Shown: positions 29,286-39,581 of the stretch, piece by piece
Numbering within the stretch: position 1 is the stretch's first letter
How the letters are laid out: each line of letters begins with the position of its first letter
NCBI GenBank assembly: GCA_037385685.1
Contig: JARRMW010000016.1
Coordinates: 166 to 64,165, forward strand
Length of the DNA stretch: 64,000 nucleotides
Source of the DNA: Gammaproteobacteria bacterium
GTDB taxonomy: Bacteria; Pseudomonadota; Gammaproteobacteria; Chromatiales; Chromatiaceae
Reading direction: 5' to 3'
Program-made: the position numbers and the translations under genes
Notes under the pieces: generated by a model
What the model was told of the DNA's origin: nothing
The model's input: only the letters and a program-made list of their open reading frames with translations
The model's database searches: none

Positions 29286-30752
29286 TCAGTCAATCCCCAG
29301 CGTTGCCCAGATATCGTCGATCCGCTGCTTAACATCAGGATCCATGACGATTGGCTCGCCCCACTCGCGGTCGGTCTCACCCTTCCACTTGTTGGTCGCG
29401 TCCATGCCAATCTTGGAACCGAGCCCCGAGACCGGGGAGGCGAAATCGAGATAGTCGATCGGTGTATTCTCGACCAGCGTGATGTCACGCGCCGGATCCA
29501 TGCGCGTTGTCATGGCCCAGATCACGTCGTTCCAGTCGCGCACGTTGACGTCGTCATCGGTGACGATCACGAACTTGGTGTACATGAACTGGCGCAGGAA
29601 GGACCAGACGCCGAACATGACGCGCTTGGCGTGCCCGGGGTACTGCTTCTTCATGCTGACCACCGCCATGCGGTAGGAGCAGCCCTCGGGCGGTAGATAG
29701 AAGTCGACGATCTCGGGGAACTGCTTCTGCAAGATGGGTACGAACACCTCGTTGAGTGCCACGCCGAGGATCGCCGGCTCGTCGGGCGGACGGCCTGTGT
29801 AGGTGCTGTGATAGATCGGCTTGTCGCGCATGGTGATGCGTTCGATCGTGAAGACCGGGAAACTCTCGACCTCGTTGTAATAACCGGTGTGATCACCGAA
29901 GGGGCCTTCGGGTGCTTCATCGTCCGGATGCAGGTGACCCTCGAGCACGATCTCGGCTGAAGCCGGCACCTGCAAATCGTTACCGATGCACTGTGTCACT
30001 TCCGTTCGGCTGCCGCGCAACAGACCGGCGAAGGCATACTCCGACAGCGTGTCGGGCACCGGCGTGACAGCGCCGAGGATGGTCGCCGGATCGGCGCCGA
30101 GCGCGACGGAGATCGGAAAGGGCTCGCCCGGATGGTTCTGCTGCCATTCGCGAAAATCGAGCGCACCGCCGCGATGCGCGAGCCAGCGCATGATGACGCG
30201 GTTGCGGCCGATCACTTGCATGCGATAGATACCGAGATTCTGGCGCGGCTTGTCCGGACCACGCGTGACGACCAGTCCCCAGGTAATCAGCGGACCGGCA
30301 TCGCCGGGCCAGCATGTCTGCACGGGAATCTTGCCGATATCGACCTCGTCGCCTTCCCTGACATGCTTCTGGCATGGCGCACCCTTGATCTTCTTCGGCG
30401 CCATGTCGAGCACCTTCCTGAAGATCGGCAGCTTTTCCCAGGCGTCCTTCATCCCTTTCGGCGGATCAGGCTGCTTGAGCTGCGCCAGCAATTTGCCAAC
30501 CTCGCGCAGCGCCTCGACCGATTCCTCGCCCATCCCGAGCGCCACGCGTCGCGGGGTGCCGAAGAGATTGCCGAGCAGTGGCATGTCAGAGCCTTTCACC
30601 TTCTCGAACAGCAGCGCAGGGCCACCGGCCTTGAGGGTACGATCGCAGATCTCGGTCACTTCCAGGCGGGGATCGACTTCGACACTGACACGCCTGAGCT
30701 CGCCGAGTTTTTCAAGCTGGTCGATGAAGTCTCTGAGGTCCTTGTATTGCAT
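29286..30752 (-). CDS. ubiD: 4-hydroxy-3-polyprenylbenzoate decarboxylase UbiD
   Basis: 488 aa. [22 protein letters not shown]... is collinear with UbiD. Confidence 0.92.
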   Translation of the reverse strand: MQYKDLRDFIDQLEKLGELRRVSVEVDPRLEVTEICDRTLKAGGPALLFEKVKGSDMPLLGNLFGTPRRVALGMGEESVEALREVGKLLAQLKQPDPPKGMKDAWEKLPIFRKVLDMAPKKIKGAPCQKHVREGDEVDIGKIPVQTCWPGDAGPLITWGLVVTRGPDKPRQNLGIYRMQVIGRNRVIMRWLAHRGGALDFREWQQNHPGEPFPISVALGADPATILGAVTPVPDTLSEYAFAGLLRGSRTEVTQCIGNDLQVPASAEIVLEGHLHPDDEAPEGPFGDHTGYYNEVESFPVFTIERITMRDKPIYHSTYTGRPPDEPAILGVALNEVFVPILQKQFPEIVDFYLPPEGCSYRMAVVSMKKQYPGHAKRVMFGVWSFLRQFMYTKFVIVTDDDVNVRDWNDVIWAMTTRMDPARDITLVENTPIDYLDFASPVSGLGSKIGMDATNKWKGETDREWGEPIVMDPDVKQRIDDIWATLGID

Positions 30753-30850
30753 GTTGTGAATTTCTTATTGAAAGATTTTTCGGCCTGCAGATGTCTTTTC
30801 TTGCAAGGCCGGCCTTAACGTCTTTTTAACAAACACCCGGAGACAAGGCC

Positions 30851-31117
30851 ATGAAAACTGTCATAGCAACCACACTGATTCTGTTCGCTTCAACTACTTC
30901 GGCCGACTGGGAAGCGGCATGGGGCACCGATGAACTCATGATCAACCACGAGGGTCACGTTACGCCCCAATCCGCCACGATAGACCCGATCGCTGCCTCC
31001 GGTTTCGGCGAAGACAACGCAGAACTCTTTGCCGGTCATGCGGCCGACGGTATCGGCAAGCATGACCGCACTGCGTTCGACCTCTACTACAACAATCTCT
31101 ACGACAAGGGCGTATGA
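30851..31117 (+). CDS. Small secreted hypothetical protein
   Basis: 88 aa. Signal peptide MKTVIATTLILFASTTSA. No recognised family. Confidence 0.45.
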   Translation: MKTVIATTLILFASTTSADWEAAWGTDELMINHEGHVTPQSATIDPIAASGFGEDNAELFAGHAADGIGKHDRTAFDLYYNNLYDKGV

Positions 31118-31139
31118 GTTGAAACAGGAAGAGTAACAA

Positions 31140-31211
31140 GGGGTCAGAGTAAAAACTCACAGGCCGGCATTGAGGTTCCGGGCAACATGAAAGTGTTTTT
31201 ACTCTGACCCC
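31140..31211. repeat. REP-like palindromic element, copy 1 (GGGGTCAGAGTAAAAAC ... GTTTTTACTCTGACCCC)
   Basis: Perfect 17-nt inverted arms separated by ~38 nt, between the small ORF and the prlC stop. Confidence 0.85.
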
Positions 31212-31224
31212 GATCAGCGGGGGA

Positions 31225-33276
31225 TCAGGCCGCGATTCCCGAATGCCGTAACAGCGGCTCGACCTCGGGCTTGCGTCCGCGGAAGGCAACGAACAGATCC
31301 ATCGCATCTGCCGACCCGCCCTTCTCGAGGATATTCTCGCGAAAAGCGCGCCCCGCCTCCAGGTTGAAGACACCCTTCTCCTCGAACAGCGAGAAGGCAT
31401 CAGCAGAGAGCACTTCTGCCCACTTGTAGCTGTAATAGCCCGCCGCGTAACCACCCGCAAAAATGTGCGAGAAGCCGTGTGCGAAACGGTTCCACTCGGG
31501 CGGTCTGACGACGGCGACCTGGTCGCGAACGGCTTCGGCAAACTCCAGCACACGCCCCCCCTTTTCCGGGTCATACTCCATGTGCAGACGGAAATCGAAC
31601 AGCGCGAACTCGAGCTGGCGCATCATCTGCATGGCCGACTGGAAATTCTTAGCCGCGATCATGCGTTCGTAAAGATCGTCCGGAATCTCTTCGCCTGTCT
31701 CGTAGTGGCCGGAAACCACCTCCAGCGCCTCCCGCTCCCAGCACCAGTTCTCGAGAAACTGGCTCGGCAGCTCGACCGCGTCCCAGGCGACGCCGTTGAT
31801 TCCGGCCACACCGGGATAATCGATGCGCGTCAGCATATGATGCAGGCCGTGGCCGAACTCGTGGAACAGGGTCTCGACCTCGTCATGGGTCAGCAGCGCA
31901 GGCTTGTCGCCGACCGGTGGCGAGAAGTTGCAGGTGAGGTAGGCAACAGGCGTCTGCATGTAGTCGGCAGTGCGGAAACGCACCGCGCACTCGTCCATCC
32001 AGGCCCCGCCACGTTTCTTCGGCCGGGCGTAGAGATCCAGGTAAAACTGGCCAATGAGCTCGCCGCCTTCACTGTCACGGATTTCGTAGAACAGCACATC
32101 CGGGTGCCAGGTATCCACACCGTCGGTCTGCCGGATGGTCACATCGAAGAGGCGGCTGACAACATCGAACATCCCCTGCACGACCATCTGCTGCGGGAAG
32201 TAGGGCTTCAGCTCTTCCTGGCTGATGTTGTAGCGCGCCTGGCGCAGTTTCTCCGAATAGTAGGCGACATCCCACGCCTGGAGCCTGTCGACACCATGCT
32301 CGTCACGTGCCCAGGCTTCGAGCTCGGCAAATTCCTGCTCGGCCTGCGGTTTGGAACGCCGCGCGAGATCATTGAGGAAGTCGAGAACCTGCCGCGGGCT
32401 CTCGGCCATTTTCTTGGCCAGCGAACGCTCGGCGTAATTGGAAAAACCGAGCAGCATCGCCGCCTCGTGTCGCAAGGCCAGGATCTCGTCCATCAGTACG
32501 CTGTTGTCGTACTCACCTGCATTCGGTCCCTGGTCGGAGGCGCGCGTCGAGTAGGCGCGATACATCTCGTAGCGAAGGTCCCGGTTATCGGCATAGGTCA
32601 TGACAGGGTAATAGGACGGAAACTCCAGCGTCAGCAACCAGCCATCCATATCCCGCTGCTGCGCCGTTTGCCTGGCGAGATCCAGTGCGGAAGGCGGCAG
32701 GCCGGCAAGCTCCGATTCATCCGTGATCTGCTTCGTCCAGGCATGGGTCGCATCGAGCAGGTTCTCACTGAACTTGCTGGTGAGGGTAGAGAGGCGCTCG
32801 CTGATCTCCTTGTAGCGCTGCTTTTGTGCCGGCGGCAGGTCGACGCCGGAGAGATGGAAATCACGCAGGATGTTCTCGAGCATCTTCTTCTGCGCAGCGT
32901 CGAGTGATCTGTCACTCTCCTGCACGGATTTGTAGGCGCGGTAGAGATCGGCGTTCTGACCCATCTCAGTCGCATAGGCCGAGAGCTTCGGCAGACAGGC
33001 ATTGTAGGCCTCGCGCAACTCGTCGCTGTTGACAACCGAATTCATGTGGCTCACCGGCGACCAGGCACGGTTCAGGCGGTCGTCGAGTCTTTCGATGGGT
33101 TCGACAAAGTTCTTCCAGTCCGGCTTGTCGACGCTCTGCAGCAACTGGTTGATCTCGTCGCGGTTTTGCTGCAGCAACGTATCGATCGCGGGCACGACGT
33201 GCTCCGGCTTGATACGGCTAAAAGGCGGCAATGTAAATTCTTCAAGGAGCGGATTATCGGCCATGGTTGTACTCAT
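31225..33276 (-). CDS. prlC: Oligopeptidase A (M3 family)
   Basis: 683 aa with the HEFGHGLHH zinc motif. Collinear with PrlC. Confidence 0.92.
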   Translation of the reverse strand: MSTTMADNPLLEEFTLPPFSRIKPEHVVPAIDTLLQQNRDEINQLLQSVDKPDWKNFVEPIERLDDRLNRAWSPVSHMNSVVNSDELREAYNACLPKLSAYATEMGQNADLYRAYKSVQESDRSLDAAQKKMLENILRDFHLSGVDLPPAQKQRYKEISERLSTLTSKFSENLLDATHAWTKQITDESELAGLPPSALDLARQTAQQRDMDGWLLTLEFPSYYPVMTYADNRDLRYEMYRAYSTRASDQGPNAGEYDNSVLMDEILALRHEAAMLLGFSNYAERSLAKKMAESPRQVLDFLNDLARRSKPQAEQEFAELEAWARDEHGVDRLQAWDVAYYSEKLRQARYNISQEELKPYFPQQMVVQGMFDVVSRLFDVTIRQTDGVDTWHPDVLFYEIRDSEGGELIGQFYLDLYARPKKRGGAWMDECAVRFRTADYMQTPVAYLTCNFSPPVGDKPALLTHDEVETLFHEFGHGLHHMLTRIDYPGVAGINGVAWDAVELPSQFLENWCWEREALEVVSGHYETGEEIPDDLYERMIAAKNFQSAMQMMRQLEFALFDFRLHMEYDPEKGGRVLEFAEAVRDQVAVVRPPEWNRFAHGFSHIFAGGYAAGYYSYKWAEVLSADAFSLFEEKGVFNLEAGRAFRENILEKGGSADAMDLFVAFRGRKPEVEPLLRHSGIAA

Positions 33277-33388
33277 GCGCTTGTTAACAGGATGACTTTA
33301 TCAAATCGGATGCTTCGTATTTCAAGACAATTGGCAACAAATTCAAGCGGATTGAATCCGGGGGAATTCGCTTGAGAGTTTGGAGTTT

Positions 33389-33458
33389 GGGGTCAGAGTA
33401 AAAACTCACCCGCTTTGACTCTGGATTCCCGATAAGAAAAAGTTTTTACTCTGACCCC
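33389..33458. repeat. REP-like palindromic element, copy 2
   Basis: GGGGTCAGAGTAAAAACTCAC ... GTTTTTACTCTGACCCC. The arms are identical to copy 1. Lies between prlC and trmL. Confidence 0.85.
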
Positions 33459-33468
33459 AATCTAGAGT

Positions 33469-33933
33469 CTAAAGGCCATGTGCAAACCCGTTCTGCCTCC
33501 ATGCCTCGTAGAGGATCACGGCGACACTGTTAGCGAGATTCAGGCTGCGACTTTCGGGCAACATCGGGATGCGGATGCGCTGCTCGGACGGAAGGCTGCC
33601 GAGTATTTCTGCAGGCAGCCCGCGTGACTCGGGGCCGAACAGCAGGTGATCACCCGGGGCGAAGCGTACCTTGGTGTAGCGGGTCGCGGCCTTGGTCGTA
33701 CAGGCGAAAATCCGTCCCCCGCAGGCACTTTCTCGCCAGCTTTCAAAATCGGCGTATTCCTTTACAGCGGCATATTCGTGATAATCCAGCCCTGCACGCC
33801 GCATGCGCTTGTCGTCAAGATCGAACGCGACCGGATGAATCAGGTGCAGACTGCTGCCGGTATTGGCGCAAAGGCGTATGATATTGCCGGTATTCGGCGG
33901 AATTTCAGGCTGATAGAGCACGACACGAAACAT
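33469..33933 (-). CDS. trmL: tRNA (cytidine/uridine34-2'-O)-methyltransferase TrmL
   Basis: 154 aa. [26 protein letters not shown]...[17 protein letters not shown] is near-collinear with E. coli TrmL. Confidence 0.9.
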   Translation of the reverse strand: MFRVVLYQPEIPPNTGNIIRLCANTGSSLHLIHPVAFDLDDKRMRRAGLDYHEYAAVKEYADFESWRESACGGRIFACTTKAATRYTKVRFAPGDHLLFGPESRGLPAEILGSLPSEQRIRIPMLPESRSLNLANSVAVILYEAWRQNGFAHGL

Positions 33934-33938
33934 AGATA

Positions 33939-34907
33939 ATGACCTCGGAAACCAACAACCCGCTTGCCGTCGAGTTCTGCGGCATGCACTTCCAGACCCC
34001 GCTGGTGCTGCTCTCGGGCTGCGTCGGATTCGGGGAAGAGTATACCCGTGTCGAGGGCTATTCGAACGCCGATGTCGGTGCCGTTTGTCTCAAGGGCACG
34101 ACCGGCGAGAAGCGTCTCGGCAACGCCCCGCACCGTATCTACGAAACCCCGGCCGGCATGCTCAACGCCATCGGCCTGCAGAACCCCGGGGTTCACAAGG
34201 TCGTGGACGAGATCCTGCCGACGCTCGATTTCAGCGAGACACGCTTTATTGCCAATGTTTCAGGCTCGACAATCGAGGAATACGAGGACGTCACGCGCAA
34301 GTTCGATGATTCGCCCATCGACGCCATCGAGATCAATATCTCCTGCCCCAATGTCAAGGAGGGCGGAGTTGCATTTGGAAATGACCCGGAGATGTCAGCA
34401 CGCGTCGTCGAGGCCTGTCGCCGTGTCACTGACAAGCCACTCATCACGAAACTTTCGCCGAACCAGACAGACATTCAGCAGAATGCGCGACTCTGCATCG
34501 AGGCGGGAAGCGACGCATTTGCGGTCATCAACACCCTCATGGGCATGGCGATTGACATCGAATCACGCAGCCCTGTCATCGGTAACAACCAGGGTGGCCT
34601 CTCGGGTCCTGCCATCAAGCCGGTCGCACTACTGAAGACCCATCAGGTCCACCAGGTGTGCCGCGATCACGGCATACCGATCATCGGGCAGGGCGGTGTC
34701 ACGACACCGAACGATGCGATTGAGTTCCTGATCGCAGGGGCATCGGCCGTCGGTATTGGCACGGCGCTCTTCTATGACCCGCTGATTTGCCGCAAAATCA
34801 ATGATGGCATCCGTGATTACCTGCAGCGCCATGAAATCCCCACTGTCGAGGAACTGACGGGAACGCTGGCGCTGAACAGCCCGCCACAGCGCGGTTGCGG
34901 TTGCTGA
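33939..34907 (+). CDS. pyrD: Class 1 (1B-like) dihydroorotate dehydrogenase catalytic subunit
   Basis: 322 aa. [31 protein letters not shown] (Cys catalytic base) and [12 protein letters not shown] are collinear with B. subtilis PyrD as recalled. Confidence 0.8.
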   Translation: MTSETNNPLAVEFCGMHFQTPLVLLSGCVGFGEEYTRVEGYSNADVGAVCLKGTTGEKRLGNAPHRIYETPAGMLNAIGLQNPGVHKVVDEILPTLDFSETRFIANVSGSTIEEYEDVTRKFDDSPIDAIEINISCPNVKEGGVAFGNDPEMSARVVEACRRVTDKPLITKLSPNQTDIQQNARLCIEAGSDAFAVINTLMGMAIDIESRSPVIGNNQGGLSGPAIKPVALLKTHQVHQVCRDHGIPIIGQGGVTTPNDAIEFLIAGASAVGIGTALFYDPLICRKINDGIRDYLQRHEIPTVEELTGTLALNSPPQRGCGC

Positions 34908-35018
34908 CAAGACAGTCTTGACCACGAAGGACACAAAGAATACGGAGATGTCATCGCGCCAGTCAGCAGGCTGCCTGCCAGTCTGGCGTCATTTTGACGT
35001 GACTGTCGTCTCGGGAAA

Positions 35019-35090
35019 GGGGGCAGAGCAAGAACTCTTCCAGTCCCCGGCCATTCACAGACTGGGCGGACGAGTTTTTACCCTGACCCC
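35019..35090. repeat. REP-like palindromic element, degenerate copy 3
   Basis: Left arm GGGGGCAGAGCAAGAACTC, right arm GTTTTTACCCTGACCCC. Embedded in a repeat-rich 440-bp spacer. Confidence 0.6.
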
Positions 35091-35348
35091 AAACGACTGC
35101 GGCAAGGTGCTATCTATATGATTTATATGGGTCCGGCAGGCAAGCCCGGCGTGGAACCAATGACTTGCCCCCCTCTCCCCTTGGAGAGAAGCATCCCGGC
35201 ACTCTATCCCTTTTGGGAGGGCGGTTTTCCCTGCCAGGAATGGTATATTAGCGCCCACTGAATCTTTGGGTCCGCTGCCTCTGACAGGTACCGAGCGGGC
35301 TGGAACACCAGGCGCGGATGCGCCCGATCATTTTTTCGGAGTGAGACA

Positions 35349-35573
35349 ATGAGTGACAAGCAAGCACTGATCGACGAGAAGAACAAGCTGATCGACGAGA
35401 TGCTCGAGATGCAAAAGCAGTTCATCGAGTTCGAACATGCCAACGGCATCAGCGGCAAGGATTACTACTACTCGCAGGATGGCCTGCTCAAGGACTACCG
35501 CGAGAAGTACAACGAAATGGCTGTCCGTCTCGTTGACATCTCTCACGAAATCGTTGGTTCCTCACGCCTGTAA
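35349..35573 (+). CDS. Small hypothetical protein (helical, charged)
   Basis: 74 aa. GGAGTGAG RBS. Followed by a strong terminator. No family recognised. Confidence 0.5.
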   Translation: MSDKQALIDEKNKLIDEMLEMQKQFIEFEHANGISGKDYYYSQDGLLKDYREKYNEMAVRLVDISHEIVGSSRL

Positions 35574-35593
35574 CCCTCATTACAGCCGGAACC

Positions 35594-35619
35594 AAAAAGC
35601 CCGCATCTGCGGGCTTTTT
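35594..35619. terminator. Bidirectional rho-independent terminator
   Basis: AAAAAGCCCGC-atct-GCGGGCTTTTT, between convergent genes. Confidence 0.85.
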
Positions 35620-35645
35620 CATGCCTGACAGACCCGGAAACCAGC

Positions 35646-36044
35646 CTAGTCCGGACGAATGTGCTCGATGTATTTCGGAACGTCTTCCATGTCGAGCCTG
35701 ACCGCTGAAGCCTGCACCCGGATGTGATCTTCCGCACCCTCGGTACTCAAATCACAATGCGCCTGGCCCCGGCTTTCGAGTGGCACCGGAATCATGTCCC
35801 TGTAGGTAAAAATGTTCTCGCCGACATCGCCACCGGCGCACACAGCGGGTAAAGGTGGTAATGCACCTTCAAGGGATGCGCCATCGAAAACCAGCGACCC
35901 TTTCTGCCACCACCGCGTCTTTTCAACCGAGCCTGTCATCGTCTTGATGATGATCGCGCGCGAGAAATTCACGCGGATCGTATCACCATCCTGCGTCACC
36001 GAATCGATCTCGCTGCCGGCCAGCTCGATACTGCTGCTATCCAT
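35646..36044 (-). CDS. Hypothetical protein
   Basis: 132 aa ORF in otherwise unassigned space, ending at the shared terminator. No family recognised. Confidence 0.45.
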   Translation of the reverse strand: MDSSSIELAGSEIDSVTQDGDTIRVNFSRAIIIKTMTGSVEKTRWWQKGSLVFDGASLEGALPPLPAVCAGGDVGENIFTYRDMIPVPLESRGQAHCDLSTEGAEDHIRVQASAVRLDMEDVPKYIEHIRPD

Positions 36045-36160
36045 TGAATAACCTTCTCGAAGTCAATACATGCCAAATTATACCGAATCACGGATTTGAC
36101 CGGCCCTGAATCGCTGTTAATCTTGAGCACGAAAACAACGTATTAATAAGGAGAATTGAG

Positions 36161-36748
36161 ATGAGCGGACTCTACCGCCCCCTCGAGACCTCGTTGCTGG
36201 GGCCTAACACGACATGCCAGAGACCGGTCCAGCAACTGCCGATGAACCTGACCCCGGCCAGCCCCGCGATCGATGTCATGACAGATCTCCGGCACGTTGC
36301 CTCGCAGGCCGTCTCCCCGTTCTCTGGTATCGAACAGGCGACGGAACGCATGAAGAATGCGGGCGTCCGACTGCTCTTCGTCATCAACCAGTCATACGAG
36401 ATTCTCGGTATTCTCACGAGCCAGGACATCCTCGAGGAGAGGATCGTTACGCACATGAACACGCACAACATGCGTCGGGAAGAAATCACAGCCCGCGATC
36501 TCATGACTCCGCAGAGCCAGGTCGAGGTCCTGCAGATGTACGATGTGGCACGGGCCACCGTCGGTGACATCATCAAGACATTCAGGCAGATGGGGCGCCA
36601 GCACGCCCTCGTAGTGGAGGAGATCGAAGGCAAGCAGACGATCCGCGGCATTCTCTCCACGACCCAGATCGCCAAGCAGACAGGTATCCATGTCGATACT
36701 GCACAGTATGCAGGCAGTTTTGCAGAACTCCAGGCATCGATCTCCTGA
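36161..36748 (+). CDS. CBS domain pair protein
   Basis: 195 aa with an AAGGAG RBS. Two CBS-like repeats (IDVMTDL...LLFVINQSYEILGILTSQDIL; ARDLMTP...ALVVEEIEGKQTIRGILSTTQI). Confidence 0.7.
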   Translation: MSGLYRPLETSLLGPNTTCQRPVQQLPMNLTPASPAIDVMTDLRHVASQAVSPFSGIEQATERMKNAGVRLLFVINQSYEILGILTSQDILEERIVTHMNTHNMRREEITARDLMTPQSQVEVLQMYDVARATVGDIIKTFRQMGRQHALVVEEIEGKQTIRGILSTTQIAKQTGIHVDTAQYAGSFAELQASIS

Positions 36749-36997
36749 GAATCCTTCAGAAGCCTCCCGGAAAAACCGGGGCCTGGATCGTCAGTTTTTC
36801 AGCAGGTAGGTCACTTTCAGGTAGACCCTGTACCTGGAGGTTATGCCGTTCCTGACCGTTACCTGCTGACTCTGCACCCAGGCACTCACAACCCTTTCAG
36901 ACTCGATGATATCGGCAAGGGCACACAAGCAGGCCTGAAAAGCGCCTGCTTCCGGCTGGTCATATTATATTTCTGCGGGGAGGAAGACGCTTCCCGC

Positions 36998-37507
36998 TCA
37001 GGGGAAAGCGGGAATCGTCGGTTCAGTGCCCTCGATATCGGCATCCGGGTGATGCTTCTTGACCATCTCCTCGATCTCCTCGACGCGGGCTTTGGGCACA
37101 TCGACCAGAAAGAGGATCTCGCCCTGCTCGATGGCTTCCTCGAATTGCGAGATACGCGAGTTCCTGACGTCGACGCCAATCATGCTGGACATCCATGCGC
37201 CCATGCCCGAACCGACAAGCGCGGTGGCCAGCACTGCCCCACCACCGAGCACAAGGCCAGCGGGTGGAAATGTCACGGCTGCGACACCGGCGAGAATACC
37301 CGTGGCACCGCCAACAGCAAGGCCACGCTCGACAGCAGGAATCACATCACTGCTCTGCAGCAAGGAAGCTTCCGGGAGATCTCCCAGTTCGACTCCTTCC
37401 TTTGCGATCACATGGATGTGGCGTTCCTCGATTCGCGCCAGTAAAAGTTCTTCTGTCACCTTGTGAGCGCTCTCAAGGTCCGGGACCAGAAAATAGATTC
37501 TGCGCAT
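36998..37507 (-). CDS. Membrane protein with central Gly-zipper segment (DUF1269-like, tentative)
   Basis: 169 aa with an AAAGGAGGAG RBS. GLAVGGATGILAGVAAV...GGGAVLATALVGSGMGAW is flanked by two small soluble halves. Confidence 0.55.
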   Translation of the reverse strand: MRRIYFLVPDLESAHKVTEELLLARIEERHIHVIAKEGVELGDLPEASLLQSSDVIPAVERGLAVGGATGILAGVAAVTFPPAGLVLGGGAVLATALVGSGMGAWMSSMIGVDVRNSRISQFEEAIEQGEILFLVDVPKARVEEIEEMVKKHHPDADIEGTEPTIPAFP

Positions 37508-37588
37508 CTCCTCTCCTCCTTTATCTGATTTATCATGTGATTATAGTTTGCTGACAGGGGGATTGCTCACCAGGTCCGCAAGACCCGA

Positions 37589-37945
37589 TCATACATCAGT
37601 GAGCAGCGAGATACTGGCCCTGGCAGATTTTCTGTCGAGTTCGATGCGCACCTCGCAATACTCGACCGTTTCATTGTTCGGTGTCGGATCATCGGCACAA
37701 CTGCATCCTGCAATGACGCCCGTGAAATGCAGACCAGCCTTGATGATGACTGAATCGGCCGATTCGGACGTCGAGAGCAGGATAACGCCGTTCACCCTGT
37801 CGCTGGCATAGCTTCCATGGGTGAGTGCAGCCTGGAGTGGTAGCATCTCGGCTGTCAGCCGGCCAACCTCGCGCTTGAAGGTTTCTTCAAATTCAGGGGT
37901 TCCCCATGCCGCGAGAGATGCAGGTAAACATGTAGGCGTTTTCAT
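37589..37945 (-). CDS. Hypothetical protein
   Basis: Start taken at MKTPTCLPASLAAW (118 aa). Lies downstream of ntrC on the same strand. No family recognised. Confidence 0.4.
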   Translation of the reverse strand: MKTPTCLPASLAAWGTPEFEETFKREVGRLTAEMLPLQAALTHGSYASDRVNGVILLSTSESADSVIIKAGLHFTGVIAGCSCADDPTPNNETVEYCEVRIELDRKSARASISLLTDV

Positions 37946-38178
37946 GCCTGCTGACAGCTGGTTAGCGGCTACCGGAAGGGCCCGCAGACTGCATGCCTCT
38001 ACCCGCGTAAAGCAAATCATCGGAGCAGATCCCCGATGATAGCCAATGTGACGGAACTGATGAGAATGCCGGGGTCATGGTCAACATGATCAGAGTATCT
38101 GCTTTCTGCCACGCTTTCCCAAGAGGTGTTGTCGACTCAACCCGCGCTGTCCCTGCATACGAGAGTTGCATGGACGTG

Positions 38179-39579
38179 TTAACCCTCCATCTCCAGGGAC
38201 TGCATCTTCCGGGTCAAGGTATTCCTCCCCCAGCCAAGGCGCTGTGCGGCCTCGTTCTTTTTACCACCGGTCGCTTCCAGCGCCGCCTCGATCATGACGC
38301 GTTCGAACTCCGGCAGTGCCGTGTCGAGCAGTGGTTCGTCGCTGTCATCGAGCTTGCGCACTGCCCATTTCTTCAGCGCCTGTTGCCAGTTACCGCTGGT
38401 TTCAACAGCGACCTCCTGCTCGAGAATCTCCAGCGGCAGATCCTTGATGCGGATCATCTTGCCTGCGGCCATGACGGTGAGCCAGCGAGCAACATTCTCC
38501 AGCTGGCGTACGTTACCGGGCCAGTCGAAAGCCATCAGTATCTTCGACGCATCATCATCCAGTTCCTTGCACTCTTCATCGAGCTCACTGGCTGCGTTCC
38601 TGAGAAACTGTCTCATCAGCAAGGGAATGTCCTCCCTGCGCTCGCGTAGCGACGGCAGGCGCACCCGGATCACGTTCAGACGGTGAAACAGGTCCTCACG
38701 GAACTTGTGCTCCTTGACGAGTTCCTCGAGGTCCTGGTGAGTCGCAGCCACGACCCGCACGTCGACCTTGATCGGCTTGCGTCCACCGATGCGATAAAAT
38801 TCGCCATCGGCGAGCACTCGCAGCAATCGTGTTTGCAGATCGGCTGGCATATCACCGATCTCATCGAGGAACAGCGTCCCGCCATCAGCCTGCTCGAAGC
38901 GACCGATACGTCGCTCGGATGCTCCCGTGAATGCGCCCCGCTCATGTCCGAACAGTTCGGATTCAAGCAGATCGCGCGGTATTGCAGCCGTATTGATGGC
39001 GATGAACGGCTGCTTTGCGCGCAAGCTGTGCGTATGCAGGGCGCGTGCAACGAGCTCCTTGCCAGTGCCTGACTCACCGGTGATCAGAACAGTAATATTC
39101 GAACGGGCCAGGCGTCCGATCGCGCGGAACACCTCCTGCATCGCAGGTGCCTCACCGATGATCTCGGGCAACTCGCCATTGTCCGACGCCTTCTCCGTAG
39201 CACCCTCGTGCCTTTGCTGACAGGCGCGCTCGACCTTGTCGACAGCTTCGGCGATATCAAAGGGTTTGGGCAGATACTCGAATGCCCCGCCATGGTAGGC
39301 AGAGACTGCACTGTCCAGGTCGGAGTGTGCGGTCATGATGATCACGGGCAACTCCGGGTTTCGCTGGTGTACGCGCTCAAGCAGCTCCAGGCCATCCATG
39401 CCCGGCATGCGGATATCCGAAACGATGACGTCCGGCACTTCCCTGCGCAGCCGGGAGAGAGCATCCTCGGCATTATCAAAGCTACTGGTTTCCATTCCAC
39501 TCTTGCCGAATGCCTTTTCCAGCACCCAGCGAATCGAGTTGTCGTCATCAATAATCCAGACGCTGCAAACTTCGTTCAT
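38179..39579 (-). CDS. ntrC: Nitrogen regulation response regulator NtrC (sigma54 activator)
   Basis: 466 aa. Receiver domain (VIVSDIRMPGMDG), AAA+ domain (GESGTGKE, GAFTGA, ESELFGHE) and C-terminal HTH. Confidence 0.92.
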   Translation of the reverse strand: MNEVCSVWIIDDDNSIRWVLEKAFGKSGMETSSFDNAEDALSRLRREVPDVIVSDIRMPGMDGLELLERVHQRNPELPVIIMTAHSDLDSAVSAYHGGAFEYLPKPFDIAEAVDKVERACQQRHEGATEKASDNGELPEIIGEAPAMQEVFRAIGRLARSNITVLITGESGTGKELVARALHTHSLRAKQPFIAINTAAIPRDLLESELFGHERGAFTGASERRIGRFEQADGGTLFLDEIGDMPADLQTRLLRVLADGEFYRIGGRKPIKVDVRVVAATHQDLEELVKEHKFREDLFHRLNVIRVRLPSLRERREDIPLLMRQFLRNAASELDEECKELDDDASKILMAFDWPGNVRQLENVARWLTVMAAGKMIRIKDLPLEILEQEVAVETSGNWQQALKKWAVRKLDDSDEPLLDTALPEFERVMIEAALEATGGKKNEAAQRLGWGRNTLTRKMQSLEMEG

Positions 39580-39581
39580 CT

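Noticed and set aside
31465-32907. 480-aa plus-strand ORF
   Set aside because: Antisense to prlC (HEFGH zinc motif, full-length collinearity).
35125-35336. Tried to match this region to 6S, SRP, RNase P, tmRNA, and glycine, ZTP, guanidine, fluoride and Mn riboswitch consensus sequences
   Set aside because: None of the hallmark conserved motifs of those RNAs is present. It is kept only as an unexplained non-coding region in the findings.
37946-38178. Searched the spacer downstream of ntrC for an NrsZ-like sigma54-dependent sRNA
   Set aside because: The only TGGCA-containing stretch lacks a GC at the -12 position. I found only an 8-bp hairpin (ATCATCGG/CCGATGAT) and no terminator.
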